Notes under the pieces: generated by a model | What the model was told of the DNA's origin: nothing | Database searches by the model: none | Seen by the model: the letters and a program-made list of their open reading frames with translations, nothing else | Shown: positions 1 to 48,779 of the stretch, in pieces | Position numbering within the stretch: position 1 is the stretch's first letter | Layout of the letters: each line of letters starts with the position of its first letter | Translations under genes and position numbers: made by a program | From: Eledone cirrhosa | Taxonomy: Eukaryota | Length of the DNA stretch: 64,000 bases | Assembly (NCBI GenBank): GCA_964016885.1 | Contig: OZ024755.1 | Location: forward strand, 27,838,001-27,902,000 | Reading direction: 5' to 3'

Positions 1-261
1 GGACGTAAAAAGGTGATGATAATGATGATGATTGTGGTGGTTTTGAAAAAATTTTGGAGTTTGAGATTACAATATTTAAACACATCTCTTTGGAGTTCAA
101 ATCCTATGAAAATGGCCATTTTCCTTTGATATTTGTATGTGTGTTTGTGTATGTGTATGTGTATGTGTGTATGTGTTTCTGTGTCTGTGTATGTGTTTCT
201 GTGTCTGTGTTTCTGTGTGTTTGTGTATGTGTTTCTGTGTCTGTGTATGTGTCTCTGTGTG

Positions 262-350
<89 letters not shown>

Positions 351-415
351 ATGTGTTTCTGTGTGTGTCTCTCTCTCTATATATATGTGTGTGTGTGTAT
401 GTGTCTGTGTTTCTG

Positions 416-453
<38 letters not shown>

Positions 454-454
<1 letters not shown>

Positions 455-712
455 GTTCCCTGCTGTATTAGCGATAAATTTTCGAGGGTTTCTCTTAGTA
501 GCTTTTTCATGTCGTTAATATTATGATGTTCCCTGCTGTATTAGCGTTAAATTTTCCCTGCTGTATTAGCGATAAATTTTCGAGGGTTTCTCTTAGTAGC
601 TTTTTCATGTCGTTAATATTATGATGTTCCCTGCTGTATTAGCGTTAAATTTTCCCTGCTGTATTAGCGATAAATTTTCGAGGGTTTCTCTTAGTAGCTT
701 TTTTCATGACGT
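454..712. repeat. Short tandem duplications (about 98-bp unit containing ttccctgctgtattagcg sub-repeats)
   Basis: atgttccctgctgtattagcg...tctcttagtagctttttcatg repeated about 3 times. Confidence 0.8.
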
Positions 713-757
713 TATTATTGTTAATTTTACTGATGTAGTATTAACTTGGATATTTAC

Positions 758-3700
758 CATGCGACCCTCAGTTCCTACCTCACAATTTCCCTCCCCCCCA
801 CCCCCACACACCACCATAGTCTATTCGACCAATCAAACCTAGCATGCCATTTCCACTGCTGCTGCTGCTACTACCTGCCTAACTAACTCTCTCCTCCTCT
901 GGCGCATCCCAACACACCCTGCCATTACCCCACCACCACTGTCCTTCTAGCCCTCAATTTTCCCACCGTTATGGATGGATGAGCTGGGAATACACGAGCA
1001 ACTCTGAATCAATAGATGAAATATGAATCTGCGAGCTACCAAGCACCCACGTGAAGCGCCAACCCAGAGACCCTCCCCTACGAGTGTCGACAAATGCCCA
1101 AAACTCCGAGTTGGTACCATCAATGTAGGCTCAATGAAAGGAAGAGCAGGAGAAATCGTAGAAATGCTAGAGCGAAAGGAAGTTGATGTATGCTGTGTGC
1201 AAGAGACTAGATGGAGAGGAGGGTCTGCTAGAGTCCTTGTAGGAAAAAGCCAGTGCTACAAATTTTTCTGGGTGGGAAATGACGATGGGATGGGTGGTGT
1301 AGGTATACTATTAGCTGACAAGTGGGTAGATAAAGTAATCTCAGTGTACAGGGTAAATGCAAGAATCATTAAACTCAGACTAGTCCTGAATAAGACAATT
1401 ACCACAATAATATCAGCTTACGCACCCCAATCGGGGCTGCCAGACGAACTTAAGGATAGGTTTTACGAGTCCCTAATACACACTACTGCTCTAACAGACG
1501 ACAAGGACTTCCTAATCATTGCAGGAGATTTTAACGGACACGTAGGTAAACACTGCGACGGCTTCAATAGAGTACATGGAGGCCATGGAGTTGGCACAAG
1601 GAATGAGGAAGGATTCAGACTTCTAGAATTCTGCGACGCCAATGACATGTCGATATGTAACACAAACTTTAAAAAACCCGACAACCACCTGATCACCTAT
1701 AGATCAGGGGAGCACTCTAGTCAGTTAGATTTTATTCTCATCAGAGGACGTGACAGATGGACGGTCGTAAACACAAAAGCCTTCCCTAGTGAGGAATGTA
1801 CATCCCAACATAGCTTAGTTGTCAGCGACCTCACGGTCAGAACTAGACGAGCCCTGAAACAGAGGCCAACCTGGAGAAGAAAGATCTGGAAGCTGAAAGT
1901 CCCCTCAACCAGTAACAGATTTAAAGATATTTTACTCAACGCCTACGACAGTAAAGAAGAACAGATAGAGACATTTAACGTAGAAGAGAACTGGGAGTTC
2001 CTAAAAAATAACTTACTAGAGGCGACGGATGAGGTTTGTGGCTGGAGTAAGACCTCAAGCAGGAGGAGAGTGACTTGGTGGTGGAACAATAAGGTAGATG
2101 AAGCAGTCAAGGCCAAGAGACAGGCATGGAAAGAATGGAAGAACGGGGGGAGCAGGGTACATTACATAGAGACCAAGAGGGAAGCTAGGCGACAAGTATA
2201 CTTAGCTAGGAGGGAAGCAGAGGATAGAAAATTCAAGCATGTTTTACAACGTGAGGACCAGAAACAGGAGGTATTCAAGATTGCGAGGCAGTGTGTCAGA
2301 GATAGTTGTGATGTCATTGGAGAGAAGTGTATCCGGAATGATAAAGGTGAGCTTGCCCTCACAAGTGCTGAGAAGAAAGATGCATGGAAGAGTCATTATG
2401 ATAGATTACTAAATGAGGAGAATGCATGGGAAGAAGAGACCCTACCCCACGTAGACCCTATAGAGGGACCAGCAGTACAAGTCAGCGGCAGCGTAGTAAG
2501 TAAGGCAATCAGAGATATGAAGATAGGGAAGGCAACCGGTCCATCGGGTATAGCTGCCGAGATGCTGAAGGCATCTGGGTCTGTAGGTCACACTATAACC
2601 ACACGTATCGTTAACCAGGTAATACTAGAGGGGGCCATACCAAAAGATTGGTGCAGTAGCATCATTGTCAACTGCTACAAAGGTAAAGGCGATGCACTAG
2701 ATAGAGGAAACTATAGAGGTATAAAGTTGATGGACCAGGTCATGAAAGTAACAGAAAGAGTTATAGCACAGCTGATTAGGGACCGGGTGAATATAGACGA
2801 GATGCAATTTGGGTTTGTTCCAGGGAAAGGCACCACTGATGCGCTCTTCCTTGTGAGGCAATTACAGGAAAAGTACCTAGCTAAAAGTAAGCCACTCTAC
2901 TTGGCATTTGTCGACCTTGAGAAAGCCTTTGACAGAGTTCCACGTGCAGTAATCTGGTGGGCTCTTAGAAAACTAGGAGTAGATGAATGGCTTGTGAAAG
3001 CGGTACAAGCCATGTATAGGGGAGCAGTCAGCAAAGTTAGGATTGGCAATGAGTATAGCGAGGAATTTAGCGTACAGGTTGGGGTCCACCAGGGCTCTGT
3101 TCTTAGCCCTCTCCTGTTCATCATAGTCCTGCAGGCAATAACGGAGGAGTTTAAGACCGGATGCCCATGGGAACTCCTGTATGCTGATGACCTCGCACTC
3201 ATAGCTGAATCTATGGTAGAACTAGAGAATAAATTCCAAACCTGGAAGCAGGGACTAGAGAGAAAGGGCCTCAAAGTCAACATGACAAAGACTAAGGTCC
3301 TTATAAGTAGACGAGAAAACAGAACCCAGATCCCCTCAGGGAAATGGCCTTGCTCAGTATGTAGGAAAGGTGTAGGTAGGAACTCCATTCTTTGCCCCAA
3401 ATGCAAACAATGGGTACACAAGAGATGTAGCGGGATCTCAGGAAGCTTAATTAAGAATGTAGGATTCACATGCAGCAGCTGTGCTGAAACAGCAAGCAAA
3501 CAGCCACAGGAAACAAGTACCACCAATCTCTGGGAGGGCCCTGTAGAAACAGTAGACAGCTTCTGCTACCTAGGTGACCGAATTAGCAACGGAGGTGGGT
3601 GCTCAGAAAGTACAATAACTAGGGTAAGAACGGGATGGAAGAAGTTTAGGGAACTACTACCACTGCTAGCTGCAAAAGGCTTCTCCCTCAGAATGAAAGG

Positions 3701-4440
3701 CAGACTGTATGATGCGTGTATCCGAACAGCGATGTTGCATGGTAGTGAGACCTGGGCGCTGAAGGTGGAAGACTTACGTAGATTAGAGAGAAACGAAGCC
3801 TGCATGCTCCGATGGATGTGTAACAGTAATATACGTGAACGACAAAGCATAAATGAATTGAGAGAGAGACTGAGCATAAGAGGAATCAAATGCTGCGTGC
3901 AGGAGAGGCGGTTACGCTGGTATGGACATGTGATGCGTATGAAGGATGACAGCTGCATAAAAAGGTGCAGAGCACTAGAAGTTGATGGAAACCGCGGAGT
4001 GGGGAGACCCAAGATGACTTGGGATGAGGTGATAAAAGCCGACCTTACCCAACTACACCTCTCAAAGTCAATGACACACGACCGTGACTTCTGGCGTCAC
4101 GCAGTAATACAGGGTACCCGACCTCCCATGGGTACATGCTGAAGCATATAAACAATATGCCCCCCCCCCACCGCAAGGTGGTCGTGGAGGTGCCACGGCA
4201 AAAAAGCACCCAGCCCACACTGTAAAGTGGACGTGTAGGCGCCACGAAAAAGCACCCAGCACTCACTGTAAATGAGGTTGGTGTTAGGAAGGGCATCCAG
4301 CTGTAGAAATCAAGCCAGATCAGTTCCTGTATGAGCAAGGCATGGTCAGCCGACCAGACACTGCCCACAACAGGACAACCCGTCTAACCCATGCTAGCGT
4401 GGAAGAACGGACGTAAAACGGTGATGATGATGATGATGAT
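758..4440 (+). mobile_element. RTE/BovB-type non-LTR retrotransposon, apparently full length (copy 1)
   Basis: Single 1039-aa ORF, pyrimidine-rich 5' UTR (5' boundary approximate), 3' UTR ending in a (GAT)n tail; nearly identical to 42161-45756. Confidence 0.93.
1023..4142 (+). CDS. LINE ORF: APE endonuclease + reverse transcriptase + inserted PHD-like zinc finger
   Basis: APE motifs GTINV, CVQETRW, SAYAPQ, GDFNGH, SQHSLV; RT motifs QFGF, FVDLEKAFDRV, GVHQGSVLSP, YADD, YLG; C4HC3 finger; RTE C-terminus RRLRWYGHVMR..RGVGRPKMTW. Confidence 0.96.
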   Translation: MNLRATKHPREAPTQRPSPTSVDKCPKLRVGTINVGSMKGRAGEIVEMLERKEVDVCCVQETRWRGGSARVLVGKSQCYKFFWVGNDDGMGGVGILLADKWVDKVISVYRVNARIIKLRLVLNKTITTIISAYAPQSGLPDELKDRFYESLIHTTALTDDKDFLIIAGDFNGHVGKHCDGFNRVHGGHGVGTRNEEGFRLLEFCDANDMSICNTNFKKPDNHLITYRSGEHSSQLDFILIRGRDRWTVVNTKAFPSEECTSQHSLVVSDLTVRTRRALKQRPTWRRKIWKLKVPSTSNRFKDILLNAYDSKEEQIETFNVEENWEFLKNNLLEATDEVCGWSKTSSRRRVTWWWNNKVDEAVKAKRQAWKEWKNGGSRVHYIETKREARRQVYLARREAEDRKFKHVLQREDQKQEVFKIARQCVRDSCDVIGEKCIRNDKGELALTSAEKKDAWKSHYDRLLNEENAWEEETLPHVDPIEGPAVQVSGSVVSKAIRDMKIGKATGPSGIAAEMLKASGSVGHTITTRIVNQVILEGAIPKDWCSSIIVNCYKGKGDALDRGNYRGIKLMDQVMKVTERVIAQLIRDRVNIDEMQFGFVPGKGTTDALFLVRQLQEKYLAKSKPLYLAFVDLEKAFDRVPRAVIWWALRKLGVDEWLVKAVQAMYRGAVSKVRIGNEYSEEFSVQVGVHQGSVLSPLLFIIVLQAITEEFKTGCPWELLYADDLALIAESMVELENKFQTWKQGLERKGLKVNMTKTKVLISRRENRTQIPSGKWPCSVCRKGVGRNSILCPKCKQWVHKRCSGISGSLIKNVGFTCSSCAETASKQPQETSTTNLWEGPVETVDSFCYLGDRISNGGGCSESTITRVRTGWKKFRELLPLLAAKGFSLRMKGRLYDACIRTAMLHGSETWALKVEDLRRLERNEACMLRWMCNSNIRERQSINELRERLSIRGIKCCVQERRLRWYGHVMRMKDDSCIKRCRALEVDGNRGVGRPKMTWDEVIKADLTQLHLSKSMTHDRDFWRHAVIQGTRPPMGTC

Positions 4441-4473
4441 GTGTGTGTTTGTGTTTCTGTCTGTCTCTCTCTC

Positions 4474-4508
<35 letters not shown>

Positions 4509-4561
4509 TTGTGTTTCTGTCTATCTCTCCCACTATATATATGTGTGTGTTTGTGTTTCTA

Positions 4562-4660
<99 letters not shown>

Positions 4661-5539
4661 TTATGTGTGTGTATGTATGTATATGTGTCTGTGTTTGTAT
4701 ATGTGTATGTATATGCGTGTGTCTGTATCTATGTGTTTGTGCACTTTTTAGTTGTTTTTTTCTTTATGTTTCTGTTCATGATTCTCTGTCTTCTGATATG
4801 GTTAATTTATTCTAATTAGGCCTGAACTTAATTTTATTTCCTCACTATCTTCTAAAAATTTATTAATCAACTCTACAGTACTATTTCTACTACCACAATT
4901 GCCGCTGCCGCCAACAACACCATCAACAACAGTTTTCTAGTAAATCTAATACTACTAGATTATCATTTACCTGCACCTGTTTCCTGTTGATGCCAATGAA
5001 ACAAACGGAAATATGGAAGTCCACAGGCGGAAAAAAAAAAAAGTGAAATTATTTATGTGGATTGAACTGATTACATCAAATTAAACTTAATGAGTGAAAT
5101 ATTGCCATCGGATATTCTAGCTATCCATACTTGCCCACACCATCCTCATACTGGTACAATCCCAAGGGCGGTGCCCCAGCATGGCCTCAGCCGGTTGGCT
5201 GGATCAGGTAAAAGAGTAAAAGAGTAATCCCCTCCACAGTAAAATATTTCCATCATTAACTGATTATGGAGAGTAAATTGTCAACTGGAGACTTGGTCTA
5301 ACAATAACTGGTATCTCTTACAGAGGGGGGGGGGGGACTTAATTTTGGATGGTAGGGCTAAGTTAAGATTGTAAGACTAAGTTAGGATGGTAGGTCTTAG
5401 GATAGTAGGACTAAGTTAGGATGGTAGTTCTACCATAACTGTTGGGTGGTTTTAAAGCTAAAACTCAAGAACATTCTCCGTGTTCCCTTCCAGATATCCA
5501 AACTGATACAGTTCAAATATTGTGAAAGTCTCACTATTA

Positions 5540-6050
5540 TTATTATTAGGATTGCCCCACTGTCTTCTTTTAGCCAGGAAGGGCAGGCAGTTTTTATTTG
5601 CCTGGTGGCCATGGCGAAAGAGATCGTGTGGTGGACACATTTGAAAGGGCTGAAGATGAACATTTACCTCTTTGGTGATGCCCTGATTAACTTTTTCAAA
5701 TTTCATTTGAAAAGGAAAATCAGGGTGGTGAGGGAAGTGATGGGTGAGAGAGGCAAGCATGGCCCGAGTGAATGGGCCTGCTCTGAGTATGCACCTGTAA
5801 ATTGAAGGTGGAAAACTGGGAGAGAGCACTTGCCCTGGTGTCAGGGTCACCGTGGCTTTTTTAATGGGCTTTCTCCACGAGTGTCCCTCGGAAGTCTCCC
5901 CCCTATTGGGGAATTTTCCTTTGTTTCTTTTTTTGTCATTTCCTTTGTTTTTTCTTTACTTGCAGAAATGCCCAATTGTACTGTCCTGTGCTGTTCTTAA
6001 TGTTATACTTTATATCGACCTTTGTGGTTAATAAAGAAAACATTATTATT
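5540..6050 (+). mobile_element. 3' fragment of an L1/Tx1-like LINE
   Basis: Peptide LVAMAKEIVWWTHLK...FFKFHLKRKIRVVRE resembles Tx1/L1 ORF2 C-termini; ends in aataaa plus an (att)n tail. Confidence 0.5.
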
Positions 6051-6289
6051 ATTATCAGTGGATTGGCAGTATCGGTAGAGGATCTAACACCATGCTTTGC
6101 GGCATAGAGTTACACCCTTTACGATCTGAGTTCAAATCCCACCGAGGTTAACTTTGCCTTTCATGCACTGGGGTCGATTTAATCGATTTACCCATCCCCC
6201 AAAATTGCTGGCCTTGTGCCTATATAAGAAACCATTATTTTCTTGGAGTCTTATCATTGATATTATTTAACTGGAAAGTTTGTTTAAAT

Positions 6290-8240
6290 GAACATCAAAC
6301 TGCTACCTGCGGCCTCAGATATTCAGGACGTATCGGAGGGTTCTTGCTGTTCCCAGCAAGCATACCTTTTGAAGTGTTCCAAAAAAGGGGCCTGGACTAA
6401 TATTCTTTAACCATCCTTGAAAACTCTAGTACCTAGTGCTCCTATGACAATCGGGACGACCTTGATTTCATCACAGTCCCAAATCCTTTTTTAATTCCCA
6501 TTTTAAACCCTCGTTATCGGTTAATTTTCCCCTTCTCCTTTTTATCGTTACTCTGTCACACAGTGCAGATGGATAATGCACCAGCGTATTTAGTCATCTG
6601 CAAAGCTGCCATTTGTATGACACCCAACCTGTATGGTATTCCCAGTTGCTTTAAGAAGTCTTGAAGTTTCAATGGGATTGACACTAATGCCCTGATCACA
6701 ACTGATATCACTTTCAATTCAGAGTACTTGGTGAATTTTTTCAATCTCTTCACTCGCAAAAATTGTGTCAGTCATTTGGTGTGGCTATGTCTATGATCTG
6801 ACAGTATTTATCTTTCTTGTTCAATATCTATCAGTTTGAAAGTAATAATCCCAGAATATCGTTGCTCCCCCACTACATTATTTTACAAGGCACATGCTCA
6901 TACCAGTTCTGTATGACTTCATATTGGTATTTACGACACAGGCCAATGACGGTGTAGACACATTTTATCATAGCGGCACTTGTTTTCTTTTTGCACAAGG
7001 ATCCCACATCCACTTACCAACTGGCCACATTTTCAATATTCTTTCTACAGAGATTGCATTTCTGGGTGTCGGATGTTTTGTAGATGTCATATTTCACCAA
7101 ATTGGTAGCAAGAGCTTGGTCTTGTGCTGCAACTATAAGGCCTTCAGTGGCACATTTCACATCACATGGTTTAAGCCATGTCCATGATGTTCATTTATCT
7201 TTGATATCTTGTGTATTTCTCTCAAACTGACCATTCATTCTCATTCTTAGAAGATCTTCTTTTCTTTTCTCTTCAATTCTTTTGTTAAACTCTTCCTTTT
7301 CAACCATTTCTACTGCATTTATACCCTTATCTTCTGCTGAGTATTGCAACAACTCTTTGTCACTGTTTATCCAATATCCCCCAAGCATTCTCCTTTCATT
7401 CCTTATACAATGATCCACACTGATAAGGCCTCTACCACAGTTCTTTTTTTTCATGTATTAATATTTGCTTTGGGGTGTAAAGCTCCATACAATGTCATTA
7501 ATTTCCCTGCCTTTCTATCTAATTTTGATATTTCTTCTTCAGTCCAACTGAGAATCATCATCATCATCATCACCGTTTTACATCCGTTCTTCCATGCTAG
7601 CATGGGTTAGATGGGTTGTCCTGTTGTGGGCAATGTTAGGTCGGCTGACCTTGTCTTGCTCATACGGAAACTGATTCTGGCTTGATTTCTACAGCTGGAT
7701 GCCCTTGCTAACACCAACCTAATTTACAGTGAGTGCTGGGTGCTTTCTTTTTCTGTGGCGCCTACACGTCCACTTTACAGTGTGGGCTGGGTGCTTTTTT
7801 TGCCGTGGCACCTCCTCGACCACTTTGCAGTGGAATGATAGGGACCGTAGTCCTATCATCTCATTTCTACAGCTGAGTAAACTGGACAAATGTAAAATAA
7901 AGTGTCTTGCTCAAGGAAACAACACATCACCCGGTTCGAGAATTGAACTCACAACCTTTCGATTGCAAGCCCAATGCTCTAATCACTAAGCCATGCGCCT
8001 GAGAATGGGTGCACTATATCTGACCACTGTAACTACCCAGATATTATATAACAGATTTCTCGCATTCAAGTTGGATTTTAAAACCATTTTTACTCTTTTT
8101 AAATATATCCCTCTAACATTTTCTTTCATTTCTGTGTGCAAAATATCATCTAGGTCTAAGATCCCCAAATATTCATAGCCACTATTTTCTGGTTCTCCCC
8201 TGGTTTCTGCCAATGGCAGTCATAATCCACTACAGGCCAC
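6290..8240 (-). mobile_element. Degraded R4/Dong-clade (restriction-like endonuclease) LINE remnant(s), interrupted by a SINE at 7553-7998
   Basis: YEYLGIL..MKENVRGIYLKRVKMVLKSNLNARN, CGRGLISV, VISVVIRAL/VPIVIGALG motifs; frameshifted. Confidence 0.75.
7553..7998 (-). mobile_element. SINE family B: tRNA-derived head + core + RTE-derived 3' tail
   Basis: Minus-strand head ggcgcatggcttagtgattagagc...gagttcaattc (A/B-box-like); tail matches the LINE 3' UTR at 4190-4440 and ends in (tga)n. Confidence 0.88.
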
Positions 8241-8506
8241 TTGAAGAATTTACACGATAAGACACCATAAAATTGATGGAACTTATCACAGTACTCTATC
8301 TGTATTTATTAGAACCAACTAGAGTATCACTACATGATCACTCGACTTGGTAACAATAGCAGCCAAATATTTCTCAAATAAGACCAACCATAAGAAAACT
8401 GGTCACATTAAATAATACCATCCTGGATAAACTTGGACTGTATGGGAACATTTAAGCAGTCACTCATAACAGGATGCGCAAGCTCTTCTATCCCGATGTC
8501 ATCTCC

Positions 8507-8885
8507 AAAAGAGAATCAGTGTTGCGACGAAAGGAATTTATTGGACATATTACAATTGTTTCTCGGGCAACCAGCTCAATGCACGATCGATGTGGTGATC
8601 AAACCTGACTCTGAAATCGCGCGGCCCTCAGATATGTCTCGATTCTACGAAGCATATTTTCCACTCATGGAATGACAATAACAGGATCTAAATCAACAAA
8701 GGAATTCGATGTTAAAGGACAATAGGAAAATTTGGTTTGTAGAATAGAGATGTATCCGAGGGGCGCACGATTTCAGAGTCAGGTTTGATCACCACACCGA
8801 TCGTGCCTCGAGCTGGTCGCCCAAGAAACAATTGTAATATATCCAATAAATTCCTTTCGTCGCAACACTGATTCTCTTTTTTCTG
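8507..8885. repeat. Diverged inverted repeat (about 155-bp arms) of a hammerhead-bearing Penelope-type terminal sequence, abutting (TA)n
   Basis: aaaagagaatcagtgttgcgacgaaaggaatttattgg... and its reverse complement at about 8725-8880; a third copy lies at 58080-58290. Confidence 0.85.
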
Positions 8886-9494
8886 TTATATATATAATAT
8901 ATATTGTATATTATATATATAATATATATATATAATATAATATATATATATAATATAATATATATATATAATATAATATATATATATAATATAATATATA
9001 TATATATATAATATAATATATATATATATAATATAATATATCTATATATAATATATATATATAATATAATATATATATATATATAATATAATATATATAT
9101 ATAATATAATATATATATATAATATAATATATATATATATAATATAATATATATACATAATTGTTTCTACTTTTGGCACAAGGCCAGCAATTACCCAGTA
9201 CTTTATTTTATCGACCTCTGTATGGATGAAAGGCAAAGTTAACCTCGGCGAGATTTGAACTCAGATCGTAAAGGGACAATATATATATATATAATATAAT
9301 ATATATATATATATAATATAATATATATATATATATAATATAATATATATATATATATAATATAATATATATAATATATATATATATATAATATATATAT
9401 ATAATGTATATATATATATATATAATATATATATATAATATATATATATAATATCTATATATATATAATATATATATATAATGTATATATATAT

Positions 9495-9528
<34 letters not shown>

Positions 9529-9667
9529 ATATATATAAATATATAATATATATATATATATATATAATTTAATATATATATACATATATATAATATAATA
9601 TATATATATATAATATATAATATATATAATATAATATATATATACATATATATATATAATATAATAT

Positions 9668-9698
<31 letters not shown>

Positions 9699-10392
9699 AT
9701 ATAATATATATATACATATATATATAATATATATATACATATATATATATAATATAATATATATATACATATATATAATATATATAATATATATATATAT
9801 ATAATAGGCAGTGATTTTTTCAATGTCTTGGAACTTAGTCCACGCTTTGCTTTTTTCCATCCACTGAATTATTTTTGTATAAGTTCCCTGTGTCCACGCA
9901 TTGCCTGGGATCTTAGCTGAGAATAGACTTCCCTGATGACGAAATGATTTCGCTGTGCGTTTCTTCAGAAACCATGTTTATTCCCTTTCAGAAACTAATT
10001 AGTTGGGGTGAAATTTTAGTAAGTTAATTTTTATAATTTTCTTACTTTACATCTTTCATATTATTGTTCTGCATCCCCTTGCATTGAACCACAAAGTTAC
10101 TAAGACAAAACCTATATATTTGCTAGCATAGGTATGCATCTGTATATATATGTTTGTAGATATACTAATTCTTTATATATATATACTAATTAAATATAGA
10201 TAAGCATTATATATATATATATATATTAGAAAATGTGTGAAATCCTTGGTACAGTTATGCATATTTAAAAAAAGGAAAAGAATGACTTCACTTGTAGTTC
10301 TAAACAATTTGATTTAATTTTATAATTTCATAACATTATAAAATTAAATCAAATTATTTAGAACTACAAGCGAAGTCATTCTTTTCCTTTTT

Positions 10393-10487
<95 letters not shown>

Positions 10488-10543
10488 GTGAGGTTTTTTT
10501 TTACAAAATGAAAAATAACCGAGGTGTCCTACACGAGTGGAAG

Positions 10544-10818
10544 TATAAAGAAAAAGGGATGAAATCGAAAATGCAACTGAAGTCTTATTTTTTTAAAAAA
10601 TATATATATTTATTTGGTTCCTTTACCGGTTTCGCAGTTCTTCTGCTTTTCAAAAGGTGAGTTGAGATGGAGGGTCTGTGGTTTTTCTCACAGACCCTCC
10701 ATCTCAACTCACCTTTTGAAAAGCAGAAGAACTGCGAAACCGGTAAAGGAACCAAATAAATATATATATTTTAAAAAAAAATAAGACTTCAGTTGCATTT
10801 TCGATTTCATCCCTTTTT

Positions 10819-10825
<7 letters not shown>
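10544..10825. repeat. Near-perfect palindrome (about 137-bp arms, 8-nt loop)
   Basis: Left arm 10544-10680 is the reverse complement of 10689-10825 apart from homopolymer lengths. Confidence 0.95.
10712..10749 (+). ncRNA. Minimal type I hammerhead ribozyme motif, U3-A8 core variant (mirror copy on the minus strand at 10620-10657)
   Basis: CCUU-UUGAAAA-GCAG aagaa CUGC-GAAA-CCGG-UA-AAGG: stem I CCUU/AAGG, stem II GCAG/CUGC, palindromic stem III, GUA cleavage triplet. Confidence 0.72.
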
Positions 10826-10897
<72 letters not shown>

Positions 10898-11137
10898 GCT
10901 TATCTATATTTAATTGGTTATTTGTCTAGTTAATTTCTACAGACTAAGAGGAAAGACTAGGTAAATTTTGTCTGACTGTTTCTCACACAGGAAAGTCTGT
11001 CACATCTATCTGTTATTTCTTCAAGGTTACATTTTAGACTTAGCTCCGTTTAAATGATTATTTATCTGGTTGACTTCTACGGACTAAGGAGGAAAAGAAT
11101 TGGATACATTTTGTCTGAATATATGTATGTATATATG

Positions 11138-11186
<49 letters not shown>

Positions 11187-11187
11187 G

Positions 11188-11220
<33 letters not shown>

Positions 11221-11471
11221 GTATATATATATGTATATATGTATGTATATATGTATGTATATATATATATGTATATATATATATGTATATATATATATGT
11301 ATATATATGTATATATGTATGTATATATATATATGTATATATATATATATGTATGTATATATATGTATATATATGTATATAGATATACATAATGTATGTA
11401 TATATACATAATGTATGTATATATCTATATGTATGTATATATCTATATATCTATATATATATATATGTATG

Positions 11472-11557
<86 letters not shown>

Positions 11558-11636
11558 ATGATCATCATCATCATCATCGTTTAACGTCCATCTTCCATGA
11601 GACATGAATATGAGATTTTACATCTCAAATTATGAG

Positions 11637-48413
<36,777 letters not shown>

Positions 48414-48779
48414 TATTGGTAAATGTCAGTAATTTCATAAATTTGATGAAGATGTTGGTTTTATATTCCTCAACGATCTTTCTAATGTTGATATCTGAGA
48501 AATACGTTAAAAAAAAAAAAAAATATGGTAATTCTTGATGAAAATATATTAAATAAAAGAACATTGAGTTTATATGTGTGTGAGTTTATATATTTGTATG
48601 TATTTGTGTATAGGAATGTATGTGTGTATAGAAATGTGTATAGAAATGTTTTGAAAGAATGTTTGGACAATCTGAGATTTCAGAAGTGCAATTGGAGAAG
48701 AATAAGAAGCATAGACTTCTCGTAATAAGTTTTCAAAGTAATCATATATATATATATGTTTTTGCAAACATAACCACAA

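Larger units (their letters stand above)
8886..11556. repeat. Large (TA)n/(TATAA)n/(TATG)n microsatellite region with embedded palindromes and a SINE fragment
   Basis: Seen directly; it produces the spurious YIYI ORFs. Confidence 0.95.

Noticed and set aside
54-526. Long YIYI/CVCV/SLSL ORFs here and at 4391-4819, 9042-9860, 11054-11607, 37223-37576, 52330-52614, 54390-54857 and 57314-58008
   Set aside because: They are translations of dinucleotide microsatellites that happen to lack stop codons
2897-4012. Antisense ORFs of 209 and 148 aa within the LINE (also 44210-45325, 16040-16450, 47022-47378)
   Set aside because: Shadow frames of real coding sequence with no recognisable motifs
9922-9985. 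CTGATGA...GAAAC motif near (TA)n
   Set aside because: Stem I does not abut the core and the stem II register is off; at best a decayed copy
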